NCBI GenBank assembly: GCA_964645535.1
Contig: CAZYCQ010000021.1
Span: 1-47,875, forward strand
Reading direction: 5' to 3'
Source of the DNA: an uncultured archaeon
Lineage (GTDB): Archaea; Asgardarchaeota; Heimdallarchaeia; Heimdallarchaeales; Kariarchaeaceae
DNA: 47,875 nucleotides
Position numbers and translations under genes: made by a program. Below, one piece after another: positions 36,259 through 45,924 of this stretch (position 1 is its first letter; each line of letters opens with the position of its first letter). Under the pieces are notes generated by a model. The model was not told the DNA's origin. It worked only from the letters and a program-made list of their open reading frames with translations, and ran no database searches.

Positions 36259-39200
36259 GTGAACATGATCATGAATGGCTCCAATCACAAAAAAATTCGC
36301 TTTGAAGCAGTTGAACTTCATGAATACGAACCAGTTGCTATTGTTGGCCTCGGGGCAGTCATGCCTGATGCCCTCAATATAGATGAATTTTGGAGAAATA
36401 TCTATGAAGGCAGGAACAGCATTGGAGAAGTTCCTAAAGACAGATGGGATCCTGACCTGTTCTATGACCCTGATCCCTCGGTTCCAGATAAAACCTATAC
36501 CAAGATTGGAGCCTTCATCAAGAATTTCAAATTTGATGGTTTGAAGTTTCGCATCCCTCCGAAAATGGCAAACAAGCTTGATCCAATCCAGCAGATGGCT
36601 TTGACGGCTGCAAAAGAGGCATTGGAAGATGCAAATTATGAATCAGAAAACTTCAACCGAGAAAATACCGCCGTTATCATTGGAAATTCCATGGGAGGGG
36701 AAATAGTCAGACAATACACCAGAAGAGTTTATTTCCCTGAAATAGTGGAATCTTTGAAACAAACCAAGGCCTTCAAAAATCTCAGTCCCTCAGATCAACA
36801 ACAACTCATTGTTGAGGTTGAACAGAAATACAAATCGCATTTGGAGGAAATAACTGAGGATTCAATGCCCGGTGAGTTAGCAAATGTAATTGCCGGACGA
36901 ATCGCCAATGTCTTCAATCTTCGTGGTAAGAACATGACAACAGATGCTGCATGTGCCTCATCCATGGCAGCAATTGATGAGGCATTCAAAAGTCTAGTGA
37001 CACACGAAGTGGATGCAGTTGTCTGTGGTGGCGCTGACCGCTCAATGGATGTTTCCACCTATGTCAAGTTCTGTAAAATCGGTGCCTTGTCCCCTGATGG
37101 ATCATTCCCTTTTGATGCAAGGGCAAATGGGTTTGTCATGGGTGAAGGTGTCGGTTTCTTCGTTTTGAAACGCCTCTCAGATGCCATCCGAGATGGAAAC
37201 AAAATCTATGCCCTGATCAGGGGTGTGGGCGCATCTTCCGATGGTAAAGGCAAGGGAATCACTGCTCCAAACCCATTGGGTCAACAATTGGCTATCGAAA
37301 GAGCATACAAAATTGCAGGCATTTCTCCGGCCGAAGTCTCTCTAATAGAAGCTCATGGCACCTCAACCAAAGTTGGCGACGTGGTGGAAGTTGAAACGCT
37401 CCATAAGGTTTTCAATAAATACAAAATTCCAAAAGGATCCATTGCTCTTGGCTCAATAAAAAGCCAAATTGGACACCTGAAAAGCGCTGCTGGAGCTGCT
37501 GCAATCATTAAAACTGCATTGGCTCTCCATCACAAGATACTTCCTCCCTCCATAAATTTTGAAACTCCAAATCCCAAAATTGATTGGGCTAACTCCCCAT
37601 TTTACGTGAACACCAAGGCTAAAGAATGGAAACATGAACCTGGGAAGACAAGAAAAGCCGGAGTCTCTTCATTTGGCTTTGGCGGAACCAATTTCCATAT
37701 TGTAATGGAGGAATATGATCCTTCTGTTGACTACTTTGCAAACAAAAAGAAAAGAGAAAGAGTTTTTTCACGATCCTACAAAACTTTTGACTATGATGAG
37801 TATGTCCGAAGAAACAAAAATCTCCAAGGAGAACCATTTGCCATTTCAGGGAAAACAAAAGACGAATTCCGTTCCAATGTCAACCTCTTCTTCAATTCTC
37901 TTCCAGAAGGAACAAATCTCGAATCTCCTGAGCTTCCTTCTCTCATCCAAATACGGGAAAATGCTCCATTTTCGCCCCAAGACAAATTCCGGGTTGCTAT
38001 TGCGGCAACATCCCTTGAAATCCTTAAAGACAAGAGAGAGCTTGTTGAAAAAGGGCTGAAAAGTAGCCAAATGATGAACGCATTGATGAAGAGAGGTGTT
38101 TTCTTTTCGAAAGCAATTCCCAAGGGGAAACTTGCTTTTGTCTTTCCGGGACAAGGTTCACAATATGTGAACATGGTCAAAGATCTTTATGACAAATACA
38201 CTGTGGTCAAAAAGACCGTTGATGAGGCGGATCAAATTCTTCATGAATTTCTCGGGAAAAAGATCTCCTCAATTATGTTTGGGAATCCCAAAAAACAAGA
38301 GAAAGTTCTGAAACAAACCCAATACACTCAACCTGCAATACTTGTTGCCGACATTGCAATTTTCCGCCTCTTGGAAGAATTTGGGATTTCTCCTGATATG
38401 GTTGCAGGTCACTCTTTGGGAGAATATGCCGCACTTGTTGCAGCTGGAGTACTCTCCTTCAAGGACGCCCTAATGGCAGTGGCTGTTAGAGGTAGGGCAA
38501 TGGCAAATGTCAAATCTGAAGATAAAGGAACAATGGCCTCTGTTTCTGCGCCATTGGAAACCATTCAAGAGGTTCTCAAGACTGTGGATGATTATGTAAT
38601 CCCTGCAAATCTCAACAGTAAAAAGCAGATTGTTATTTCTGGATCTACCAAGGGTGTTGAAAAGGCCATTGAGGCATTGACTAAAAAAGGAATCAAGTGC
38701 ATACCTCTTTCCGTTTCTGCTGCATTCCACACAGAAATAGTTGCTCCTGCTGCCGTTGAACTCGCTGAATTCCTGAAAACAATAAAATTCAACAAACCTA
38801 AAATCAAGGTCTCTTCAAATGTATTGGGTGATTTCTATCCGGAAGACCCTGAAGAGATAAGAAATCTCTTGGAAAAGCAAGTTGAATCACCTGTTCATTG
38901 GATTCATCAATGCGAGACCATGTATGATGAAGGTGCCCGCATTTTCCTAGAAGTTGGTCCAAAAAGGGCACTTGCAAGTTTTGTAACGGAAAACCTTGAT
39001 GGAAAGGATGTGATTGCTCAAATAACCAATCACCCCAAGAATGGGGGAATATACCATCTTGCAGAAGCCTTGGCACTCTTTATGGCCATGGGTATGGATC
39101 TGGATCTACCATCTGATTCTGATGACCGGTTAGTTGATGAAGCTAAATGGCATCCTCCAGAACCGTCCCCGGCAGATGTCCCGAAGATCCAAGAAACCAA

Positions 39201-42200
39201 AATCTCACCTCCCCCTCATGATTCCAAGGCATTTGAACACTATATCTCATCCCAACCTGATTTAAGAAAGTTAATGCAAGAAGAAATGTTCCAAACTTTT
39301 CTCAAATCTCAAGGTGCAGTATTCAACCAATTCCTTCAATCTTCTTATGAATCGTTCAAGAAACTCTATCACGAAACCAACGCAATTGCCGAAAAAGTTC
39401 AGAAAATGGGCTTGAACTTGGATGATGTAGTCATTACCGGTGCAGGCGTCGGTCTTCCTGGGAAATTCAAAGAAATTTTTGATCAAAGAAACATCGAGCT
39501 TATTCTGGATGGATACAACTTCATTGATCCCGTTGATGAACGTAAACTGCAACAGCAGACAGACAAGAACATAGTCAAATTAGTAAAGAGAGACAAAGGA
39601 CAGCCGACACTTGAAAAAATAAACAACATCAGGGATGTAATTAAACTAGCCGCCCAAGGTGGAAAATTTGACCTCGTGGAAGAATATCAATTGGCGGATA
39701 AAATCATTGAGGCTTATGACCGAACCACCCAATTGGCAATTGCCGCAGGACTTGAAGCATTGAAAGATGCTGGTATCCCTCTTGTCCGAACTTATGTAAG
39801 AACAACAACAGGCAGTTACCTCCCCGGAGACTGGGCTCTGCCAGAGGAACTCAGAGAAGATACAGGGATTATCTTTGCATCTGCATTTCCAGGTTATGAT
39901 AGTCTTGTCAAGGATCTTTCAGAATTTTATCAATCCAAATTTGCTGGTGAAGCCTTGGATGTCCTGCGCAAGGTTTACGGTGAGATAATCCGTAAACTCG
40001 GCGATAAGGAGGATTACAGGGATTTCATCTCCTTCCTTGAAGAAAATCTTGATGAACTGGAAAAACACAGATCTGTTTACCAATTCAATAGAAAGTTCCT
40101 CTTCAAGATTCTGTCAATGGGTCATTCCCAATTTGCCCAATTGATAAAAGCTTATGGTCCCAATACACAGACGAATGCTGCCTGTGCTTCCACCACACAA
40201 GCAGTAGGCATCGCCCAAGATTGGATAAGGGCTGGAAGATGCAAACGAGTCATCATTATCGGTGCTGATGACGCTTCAGGAGATCAATTGTTTGAATGGA
40301 TTGGATCTGGTTTCCTTGCATCTGGTGCTGCAACCACAAAGGCAAAGGTTTCAGAGGCTGCCCTTCCGTTTGACAGAAGACGACATGGCATGATCATCGG
40401 AATGGGTGCTGTTGGATTGGTTGTGGAAACCGAATCGGAAGCAAAAAGAAGGGGGATCAAACCAATTGTCAAGATTCTTGGAACTTACTACTCAAACTCT
40501 GCTTACCATGGAACTCGCCTTGATGTCAACCATATTTCCCGAGAACTGGAGTATTTCTTCAAGAAAGTCACGGCACAAACTGGCTTGACTGTTGATGAAA
40601 TTGCCAAATCAGCAATGTTCATGAGCCATGAAACTTACACCCCTGCAAGAGGAGGAAGCGCTGCCGCTGAAATTCAATCCTTAAGGCATGTATTTGGCCA
40701 AAAAGCATCACAGATCATCATTGCCAACACCAAAGGCTTCACCGGTCATCCAATGGGTGCGGGAATCGAAGATGCAATTGCCATCAAGGCTTTGCAATAT
40801 GGTAAAATCCCTCCAATCGCAAATTTCAAGGAACCTGATGAAAATTTAGGAGATCTGACCCTTTCCAAAGGAGGAAAATATAATGTTAAGTATGCCATCC
40901 GTCTTGCAGCTGGGTTTGGTTCGCAATTGGCATTTGCCCTCTATGAAAAGGCTGCAGGTCTAGAACGAAAGACACCTCGTTATAATGAATGGCTTAAATC
41001 AATCGGTGGATCCCAAGAAGATTTGACCTTTGTGGGCAAAACACTCCGATTGAAAGATCGCGGACCGCCAAAAGGCATGCCGCAAAGCAAATCGACACGA
41101 CAAGTTCCTAAAGTTACAAAACAGAAGGTAAGCCGTCCAAAACCAACAATTCCTGCAAGAAGAATTGATAATGTACTTGATTGGATTTCCAAAGAAACTG
41201 GATATCCCGTTGAACTGCTGGATGACTACGTAAATCCAGTCAGGGATTTGGGTATTGACCCTTCAAGATTTAGAGAGGTGCTAGGAGCAATTGATAAGAA
41301 AATTGATGAATTGACTATTGGTGATGTCAAAGGCATTCGTCCCACCATTTCTTCCTCCACGCAGCCCCCCACTAAACCTTTACCAATGGCTTCAGCCATG
41401 GCTCCCAAGAAGCCTAAAACTGATGACAGTCTGATTGACAAAATCAAGGCTATCATTTCCGAAAAAACAGGTTATCCTCCTGAAATGCTTGATCCAGATC
41501 TTGACATGGAAGCAGATTTGGGAATTGATACCGTCAAACAGGCTGAGTTGTTTGGTTTGATTAGGGAAAGTTTCGGCATTCCCTTGATTGAAGATCTGGA
41601 TCTCTCTGAATACAATACCATTGCAAAGATTGCAGAATTTGTAAGCACATATTCCTCTCCCTCTGTTCAAACGAAAGCTAAAGAAAAGGTTGCTCAAAGC
41701 AGTTCAAATCGGAATCAAATCCTTTCTGAAATCAAGAGCATCATTTCCGAGAAGACTGGATATCCTCCTGAAATGCTCGATCCAGATCTTGACATGGAAG
41801 CAGATTTGGGAATTGATACCGTCAAACAAGCAGAATTGATCGGCGTAATCCGAGAGCATTACGGTATCCCAATGATTGAAGATTTGGATCTCTCTGAATA
41901 CAACACCATTTCAAGAATTGTAGATTTCGTGATGGAACACTCTGGAAGTTCTGTTTCACCCCAAGCATCGCAGATTGAGAGGCAAAAAGAGACCACAACA
42001 GTCTCTGATACTGATGATATTCTAGATGAAGTCATCGAAATAATTTCTGAAAAGACCGGCTATCCCCCAGAAATGCTAGAGCCTGATCTTGACATGGAAG
42101 CAGATCTGGGAATTGATACCGTCAAGCAGGCAGAGCTTTTCGGAGTGATACGTGAAAATTACGGTATTCCCATGATTGAAGATTTGGATTTATCGGAATA

Positions 42201-45200
42201 CAATACCATACGGAAAGTGGTGAATTTTGTCAATGAACATCGTCCCCAAACGGAGACAAAATCCAAGACAAAACCCACTGTTGTATCCAAGGCAATTGCA
42301 AGTAACGACAGGTCTGAAATCTTGGCCAAAATCATCTCAATAATTTCTGAAAAGACCGGCTATCCTCCTGACATGCTTGATCCTGATCTTGACATGGAAG
42401 CAGATCTGGGAATTGATACCGTCAAGCAGGCAGAATTGATCGGTGCAATTCGTGAATATTATGGTATTCCTCTCATAGATGATCTCGATATTTCCGAGTA
42501 CAACACCATCAACAGGGTTGTGGACTTTGTTCTTACCTATAGGCCATCTGAAAAAACCACCGTTATACAAACACAAGAAAACGGTAACCAAGTTGCATCA
42601 TTGCTGAAGAAACGGGTTTCTGAACTTACCGGTTTCCCTGAGGATTTGATTGATGAAAATATCGATCTTGAGAAGGAAATGGGAATAGACAAATCCCAGA
42701 TCATTCAAATTGTGGATCAGGTTGTCAAAGAATTAAAATTGCCTGACAACAAAGTCACATCCCAAACCATCGCTTCAATTGCCAATGAACTTTTAGCTAA
42801 ACAGACTACCCCTGAGAAACAAAAACATGCAACTCACAGATATGTGATCAAATTAATCCAAAAGCCTAGAGAAGGAAAACCGAGGAAAAGAGAAAATGTC
42901 ATTGTCTATGGAAATCATAGGCTTCCTAATGTTCGAACCATCAAGGACCTCAATGAATTATCGAATGAAAAACTAGAGCAGTTGGTCATTGTCAATCCTC
43001 CTTCAACCATGGATATGGTGGCTCTATTTGAGCTATTCAAAAACAACATCGAAACCTTGAAGTTTGTTGCAATTTCAGAAGTCAATCCTAAAGCCCAAAC
43101 ATTAAATGATCTATCTCCTGTTGCAGGAGCTATCGGAGGAATGATTAAGGCTCTGCACAAGGAGTTCGGTATCTCCGGAAAGATTGTTCTTGCTCAGGAT
43201 CATGCTTTGCTTGAAAATGAACTCTTTACAGAAAATCAAGACATGGAAGTTGTCTTGATGAAGGATCAGCGTCTCATCCCTGCCTTAATGGAAGAAGACC
43301 TTCCTGAAGCAAAAGACGGTCTTCCCTCTGGAAGCATCCTCATTGCTTCGGGAGGTGCTCAAGGAATTACCTATCAGTGTGTAAAGGCTCTTGTTGAAAG
43401 GTCTGAGAATGTACATGCCATCCTTATCGGTCGAACAAAAATTAGGGACAATGCCTCAAATGTAGCAAAGATGGATGTCAATCAATTGGAGAAACTAAAA
43501 CATAAACTCCTTGAACAGCTCAAAGAGAATAACCAACGAGTCACCCCTGTCATGCTCAACAAGGAGTTTGAAAAGATTACAAAATCCGCCCAAGTGTATA
43601 AATCCATTGAGGAACTAAAGTCTTTAGGAGCAAAGGTAACATATGTTCAGGAAGATATCACCAATGAGGGCATAATACCACAAATCTCCAAGATTTTGGA
43701 AAATGAAAAGACCCCTGTTTATGTCATTCATGGTGCTGGTGTCGAAATTTCCAGAGCAACAAAATCTAAATCGACAGACGAATTCCGGTTGATTTATGAT
43801 ATCAAGGTGAAAGGATTAGAAAACCTTGTTGCAGCAACGAAGAATAGAAATGTCGCTAGATTCGTTGCGTTTTCCTCAGTTGCAGGAAGGTTTGGCAATG
43901 CAACACAAATTGATTATTCCGCGGCGAATGAATATCTTGCCAAATCCGTACAGAAACTTCGCAAGCAAAAGGTTAATGCAATCGCAATTGACTGGTCTGC
44001 ATGGGATGAAATAGGTATGGCAACTCGAGGGTCAACAATGAAGGTTTTGGAAGCTGCGGGTGTGACCCCAATCCCTCTCAAGGAAGGTGTCCGTCGTTTC
44101 CTGTCTGAATTCTTCTACTCTTCTGAAAATGAAGTCATCATTAGTGGAGAATTGGGTCAGCTTGCAAGTGGAACCATTTTCACAGACAAAGAAGATGCCA
44201 AGCCTAAAGAAGGCAGTAAGCTTGATGATTCTACCAAACCAACTGTTGAGTTGCAGTCCCCTCCAAAACAAACAATAACATCCAAGAAAGAAAAGCCATC
44301 TACAGATGACTTTCCCACTCTTAATCCGAACTACCCAATGATCCATGAAACAACTGAGGTTGGTAAAATCCTGTCTGGGAAACGAATCATCAATCTTTCA
44401 CAGGACCTCTATTTGGAAGATCATAGGATTGATGGAAAGGCTGTACTTCCTGGTGTTATGGGTCTGGAATTTTTCACCGAGTTTGTGAATTTTCATGAAG
44501 GACAGGTTATAGGAATGAGGGCAGTTCAATTTTCATCGCCTGTCAAACTTCCGAAAGATAAACCTCTAGAGCTCTATGTTGTCCCTGAAAGGGTTACTGG
44601 TATGAATTCCGTCAAACTTACCCTAAAATCCAAATTCATAGGTCCTGATGGAAAGCAACTTGGAGACCTCCGCAATCACTTCAGTGCAGAAATAATTGAA
44701 GGAGACCTTTTGCCGGGATATCCTTTTATTCCATCGACACAGGCGAAGTGGTTTACCACAAAGAAATCCGCAATGAGTCGAAAAGAGATCTATGATCTGT
44801 TTTTCCATGGACCCTCTTTCCAAGTTTTGAAACGGATAATCTCCGTCGGTGCTCACAGTGTTAGTGCAGAATTCAGACTGCCATCTGAACCATTGTTTTC
44901 AGATCCAAATGCCAAAACTCACTTTGTCCCCCTCCTCATAGAAGCTTGTTTCCAAACTGCTGGAATGTTTGATCTCCTCATCAACAGGACAATGTCGTTA
45001 CCTTATGGAATAACAAAGATTCAAATGTATCAGGGTGTAGAAAATGCCAAATACATCCACGCCACCCAGACACGGCAAAAAGATAACCTTTCCCATTACA
45101 ATGTTGTTGCGTTGGACAAGGATCTTAATGTGGTTCTTGAATTAATCAACTACGAAATGATCCATACGGGAACTGTCCAATCAGTTGAAACACCAAAATT

Positions 45201-45873
45201 ATCTCCTGAGCCGACTATTGTTCCCGTAATCCATGCTCTTGGGAAAATCACCCCGTTGGCAATCACAATCTCAACAGATGCAATGGAAAATCTGAAAGGA
45301 GATTTCCTAGACACATACCTTAATCCTTCAGAAAAGGTGATCTATGCACGTCTGAATGTGCCAAAACGAAAGCTAGAATGGATCGCCGGGACAATTGCAG
45401 CTAAAAAAGCAATTAGCCTAACCTTCAACATTCCTGAAAATGAAGTAGAAATTATTAAGAACAAAAATGGAAAGCCGGGTGGCATTTTCAACGGAATGGA
45501 GTATCCTGTCACCAAAACCCATTCGAATGGTGTTGCTTCCGCTATGGCGCATCCAGATGGCGGGGTCGGGCTTGATATTGAAAGAATTGAACCAAGAGAT
45601 CCTTCCTTGATTGAAACGGCTTTTACAGAAGATGAGATCAAAAGATTCAAACTCACTCCTGAAAAGCATAAATTGATTACACAACTCTGGTCAATCAAGG
45701 AGGCTGCACTAAAAGCGATTGGAACCGGTTTGAAAACCTCGCTGAAAGATACTATTGTCAGAAAACTTGAAGGTGAACATAAGTTCTCTGTCAAGGTCAA
45801 GAGAAAAACCATCTCAATCACCTCCTTCACCACCGATGAATGGGTTATCAGCCTAGCTTTAGTTAATTCTTAA
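36259..45873 (+). CDS. Iterative type I fatty acid/polyketide synthase: KS1-AT-KS2-(degenerate ACP)-ACPx4-(degenerate ACP)-KR-DH-PPTase
   Basis: KS1 DAACASS (Cys codon 36952)/EAHGTST/IGHLK; AT FPGQGSQ/GHSLGE/SAAFH; KS2 NAACAST (40183)/SHETYT/TGHPMG; four GYPP..DMEADLGIDTVKQAE repeats; KR SGGAQGI/HGAG/YSAAN; DH DHRIDGKAVLPG + IEACFQ; Sfp-type PPTase GKP/THS/GLDIE/WSIKEAALKA. Exact start may be ATG 36265 or 36271. Confidence 0.96.
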   Translation: MNMIMNGSNHKKIRFEAVELHEYEPVAIVGLGAVMPDALNIDEFWRNIYEGRNSIGEVPKDRWDPDLFYDPDPSVPDKTYTKIGAFIKNFKFDGLKFRIPPKMANKLDPIQQMALTAAKEALEDANYESENFNRENTAVIIGNSMGGEIVRQYTRRVYFPEIVESLKQTKAFKNLSPSDQQQLIVEVEQKYKSHLEEITEDSMPGELANVIAGRIANVFNLRGKNMTTDAACASSMAAIDEAFKSLVTHEVDAVVCGGADRSMDVSTYVKFCKIGALSPDGSFPFDARANGFVMGEGVGFFVLKRLSDAIRDGNKIYALIRGVGASSDGKGKGITAPNPLGQQLAIERAYKIAGISPAEVSLIEAHGTSTKVGDVVEVETLHKVFNKYKIPKGSIALGSIKSQIGHLKSAAGAAAIIKTALALHHKILPPSINFETPNPKIDWANSPFYVNTKAKEWKHEPGKTRKAGVSSFGFGGTNFHIVMEEYDPSVDYFANKKKRERVFSRSYKTFDYDEYVRRNKNLQGEPFAISGKTKDEFRSNVNLFFNSLPEGTNLESPELPSLIQIRENAPFSPQDKFRVAIAATSLEILKDKRELVEKGLKSSQMMNALMKRGVFFSKAIPKGKLAFVFPGQGSQYVNMVKDLYDKYTVVKKTVDEADQILHEFLGKKISSIMFGNPKKQEKVLKQTQYTQPAILVADIAIFRLLEEFGISPDMVAGHSLGEYAALVAAGVLSFKDALMAVAVRGRAMANVKSEDKGTMASVSAPLETIQEVLKTVDDYVIPANLNSKKQIVISGSTKGVEKAIEALTKKGIKCIPLSVSAAFHTEIVAPAAVELAEFLKTIKFNKPKIKVSSNVLGDFYPEDPEEIRNLLEKQVESPVHWIHQCETMYDEGARIFLEVGPKRALASFVTENLDGKDVIAQITNHPKNGGIYHLAEALALFMAMGMDLDLPSDSDDRLVDEAKWHPPEPSPADVPKIQETKISPPPHDSKAFEHYISSQPDLRKLMQEEMFQTFLKSQGAVFNQFLQSSYESFKKLYHETNAIAEKVQKMGLNLDDVVITGAGVGLPGKFKEIFDQRNIELILDGYNFIDPVDERKLQQQTDKNIVKLVKRDKGQPTLEKINNIRDVIKLAAQGGKFDLVEEYQLADKIIEAYDRTTQLAIAAGLEALKDAGIPLVRTYVRTTTGSYLPGDWALPEELREDTGIIFASAFPGYDSLVKDLSEFYQSKFAGEALDVLRKVYGEIIRKLGDKEDYRDFISFLEENLDELEKHRSVYQFNRKFLFKILSMGHSQFAQLIKAYGPNTQTNAACASTTQAVGIAQDWIRAGRCKRVIIIGADDASGDQLFEWIGSGFLASGAATTKAKVSEAALPFDRRRHGMIIGMGAVGLVVETESEAKRRGIKPIVKILGTYYSNSAYHGTRLDVNHISRELEYFFKKVTAQTGLTVDEIAKSAMFMSHETYTPARGGSAAAEIQSLRHVFGQKASQIIIANTKGFTGHPMGAGIEDAIAIKALQYGKIPPIANFKEPDENLGDLTLSKGGKYNVKYAIRLAAGFGSQLAFALYEKAAGLERKTPRYNEWLKSIGGSQEDLTFVGKTLRLKDRGPPKGMPQSKSTRQVPKVTKQKVSRPKPTIPARRIDNVLDWISKETGYPVELLDDYVNPVRDLGIDPSRFREVLGAIDKKIDELTIGDVKGIRPTISSSTQPPTKPLPMASAMAPKKPKTDDSLIDKIKAIISEKTGYPPEMLDPDLDMEADLGIDTVKQAELFGLIRESFGIPLIEDLDLSEYNTIAKIAEFVSTYSSPSVQTKAKEKVAQSSSNRNQILSEIKSIISEKTGYPPEMLDPDLDMEADLGIDTVKQAELIGVIREHYGIPMIEDLDLSEYNTISRIVDFVMEHSGSSVSPQASQIERQKETTTVSDTDDILDEVIEIISEKTGYPPEMLEPDLDMEADLGIDTVKQAELFGVIRENYGIPMIEDLDLSEYNTIRKVVNFVNEHRPQTETKSKTKPTVVSKAIASNDRSEILAKIISIISEKTGYPPDMLDPDLDMEADLGIDTVKQAELIGAIREYYGIPLIDDLDISEYNTINRVVDFVLTYRPSEKTTVIQTQENGNQVASLLKKRVSELTGFPEDLIDENIDLEKEMGIDKSQIIQIVDQVVKELKLPDNKVTSQTIASIANELLAKQTTPEKQKHATHRYVIKLIQKPREGKPRKRENVIVYGNHRLPNVRTIKDLNELSNEKLEQLVIVNPPSTMDMVALFELFKNNIETLKFVAISEVNPKAQTLNDLSPVAGAIGGMIKALHKEFGISGKIVLAQDHALLENELFTENQDMEVVLMKDQRLIPALMEEDLPEAKDGLPSGSILIASGGAQGITYQCVKALVERSENVHAILIGRTKIRDNASNVAKMDVNQLEKLKHKLLEQLKENNQRVTPVMLNKEFEKITKSAQVYKSIEELKSLGAKVTYVQEDITNEGIIPQISKILENEKTPVYVIHGAGVEISRATKSKSTDEFRLIYDIKVKGLENLVAATKNRNVARFVAFSSVAGRFGNATQIDYSAANEYLAKSVQKLRKQKVNAIAIDWSAWDEIGMATRGSTMKVLEAAGVTPIPLKEGVRRFLSEFFYSSENEVIISGELGQLASGTIFTDKEDAKPKEGSKLDDSTKPTVELQSPPKQTITSKKEKPSTDDFPTLNPNYPMIHETTEVGKILSGKRIINLSQDLYLEDHRIDGKAVLPGVMGLEFFTEFVNFHEGQVIGMRAVQFSSPVKLPKDKPLELYVVPERVTGMNSVKLTLKSKFIGPDGKQLGDLRNHFSAEIIEGDLLPGYPFIPSTQAKWFTTKKSAMSRKEIYDLFFHGPSFQVLKRIISVGAHSVSAEFRLPSEPLFSDPNAKTHFVPLLIEACFQTAGMFDLLINRTMSLPYGITKIQMYQGVENAKYIHATQTRQKDNLSHYNVVALDKDLNVVLELINYEMIHTGTVQSVETPKLSPEPTIVPVIHALGKITPLAITISTDAMENLKGDFLDTYLNPSEKVIYARLNVPKRKLEWIAGTIAAKKAISLTFNIPENEVEIIKNKNGKPGGIFNGMEYPVTKTHSNGVASAMAHPDGGVGLDIERIEPRDPSLIETAFTEDEIKRFKLTPEKHKLITQLWSIKEAALKAIGTGLKTSLKDTIVRKLEGEHKFSVKVKRKTISITSFTTDEWVISLALVNS
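41431..42540 (+). repeat. Four tandem ACP-coding repeats (period 288, 300, 300 bp)
   Basis: Near-identical core GATCTTGACATGGAAGCAGATYTGGGAATTGATACCGTCAARCA, with the ACC codon at 41530, 41818, 42118 and 42418; linkers unrelated. Confidence 0.95.
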
Positions 45874-45924
45874 TACGATAAAGTAACATCGAAGCAAATA
45901 TTAAGGGATTGTCAAAGCTAAATT

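Noticed and set aside
41431-42540. Regularly spaced ~44-nt near-identical repeats as a CRISPR array
   Set aside because: Period is 288-300 bp, in frame, and encodes ACP domains; no cas genes. No CRISPR array was seen in the window.
36259-45873. Labelling the synthase pfaA (PUFA) or pksE (enediyne)
   Set aside because: No pfaB/C/D, no FabA-type DH pair, no enediyne thioesterase cassette; the second active KS and Thr-ACPs fit neither.
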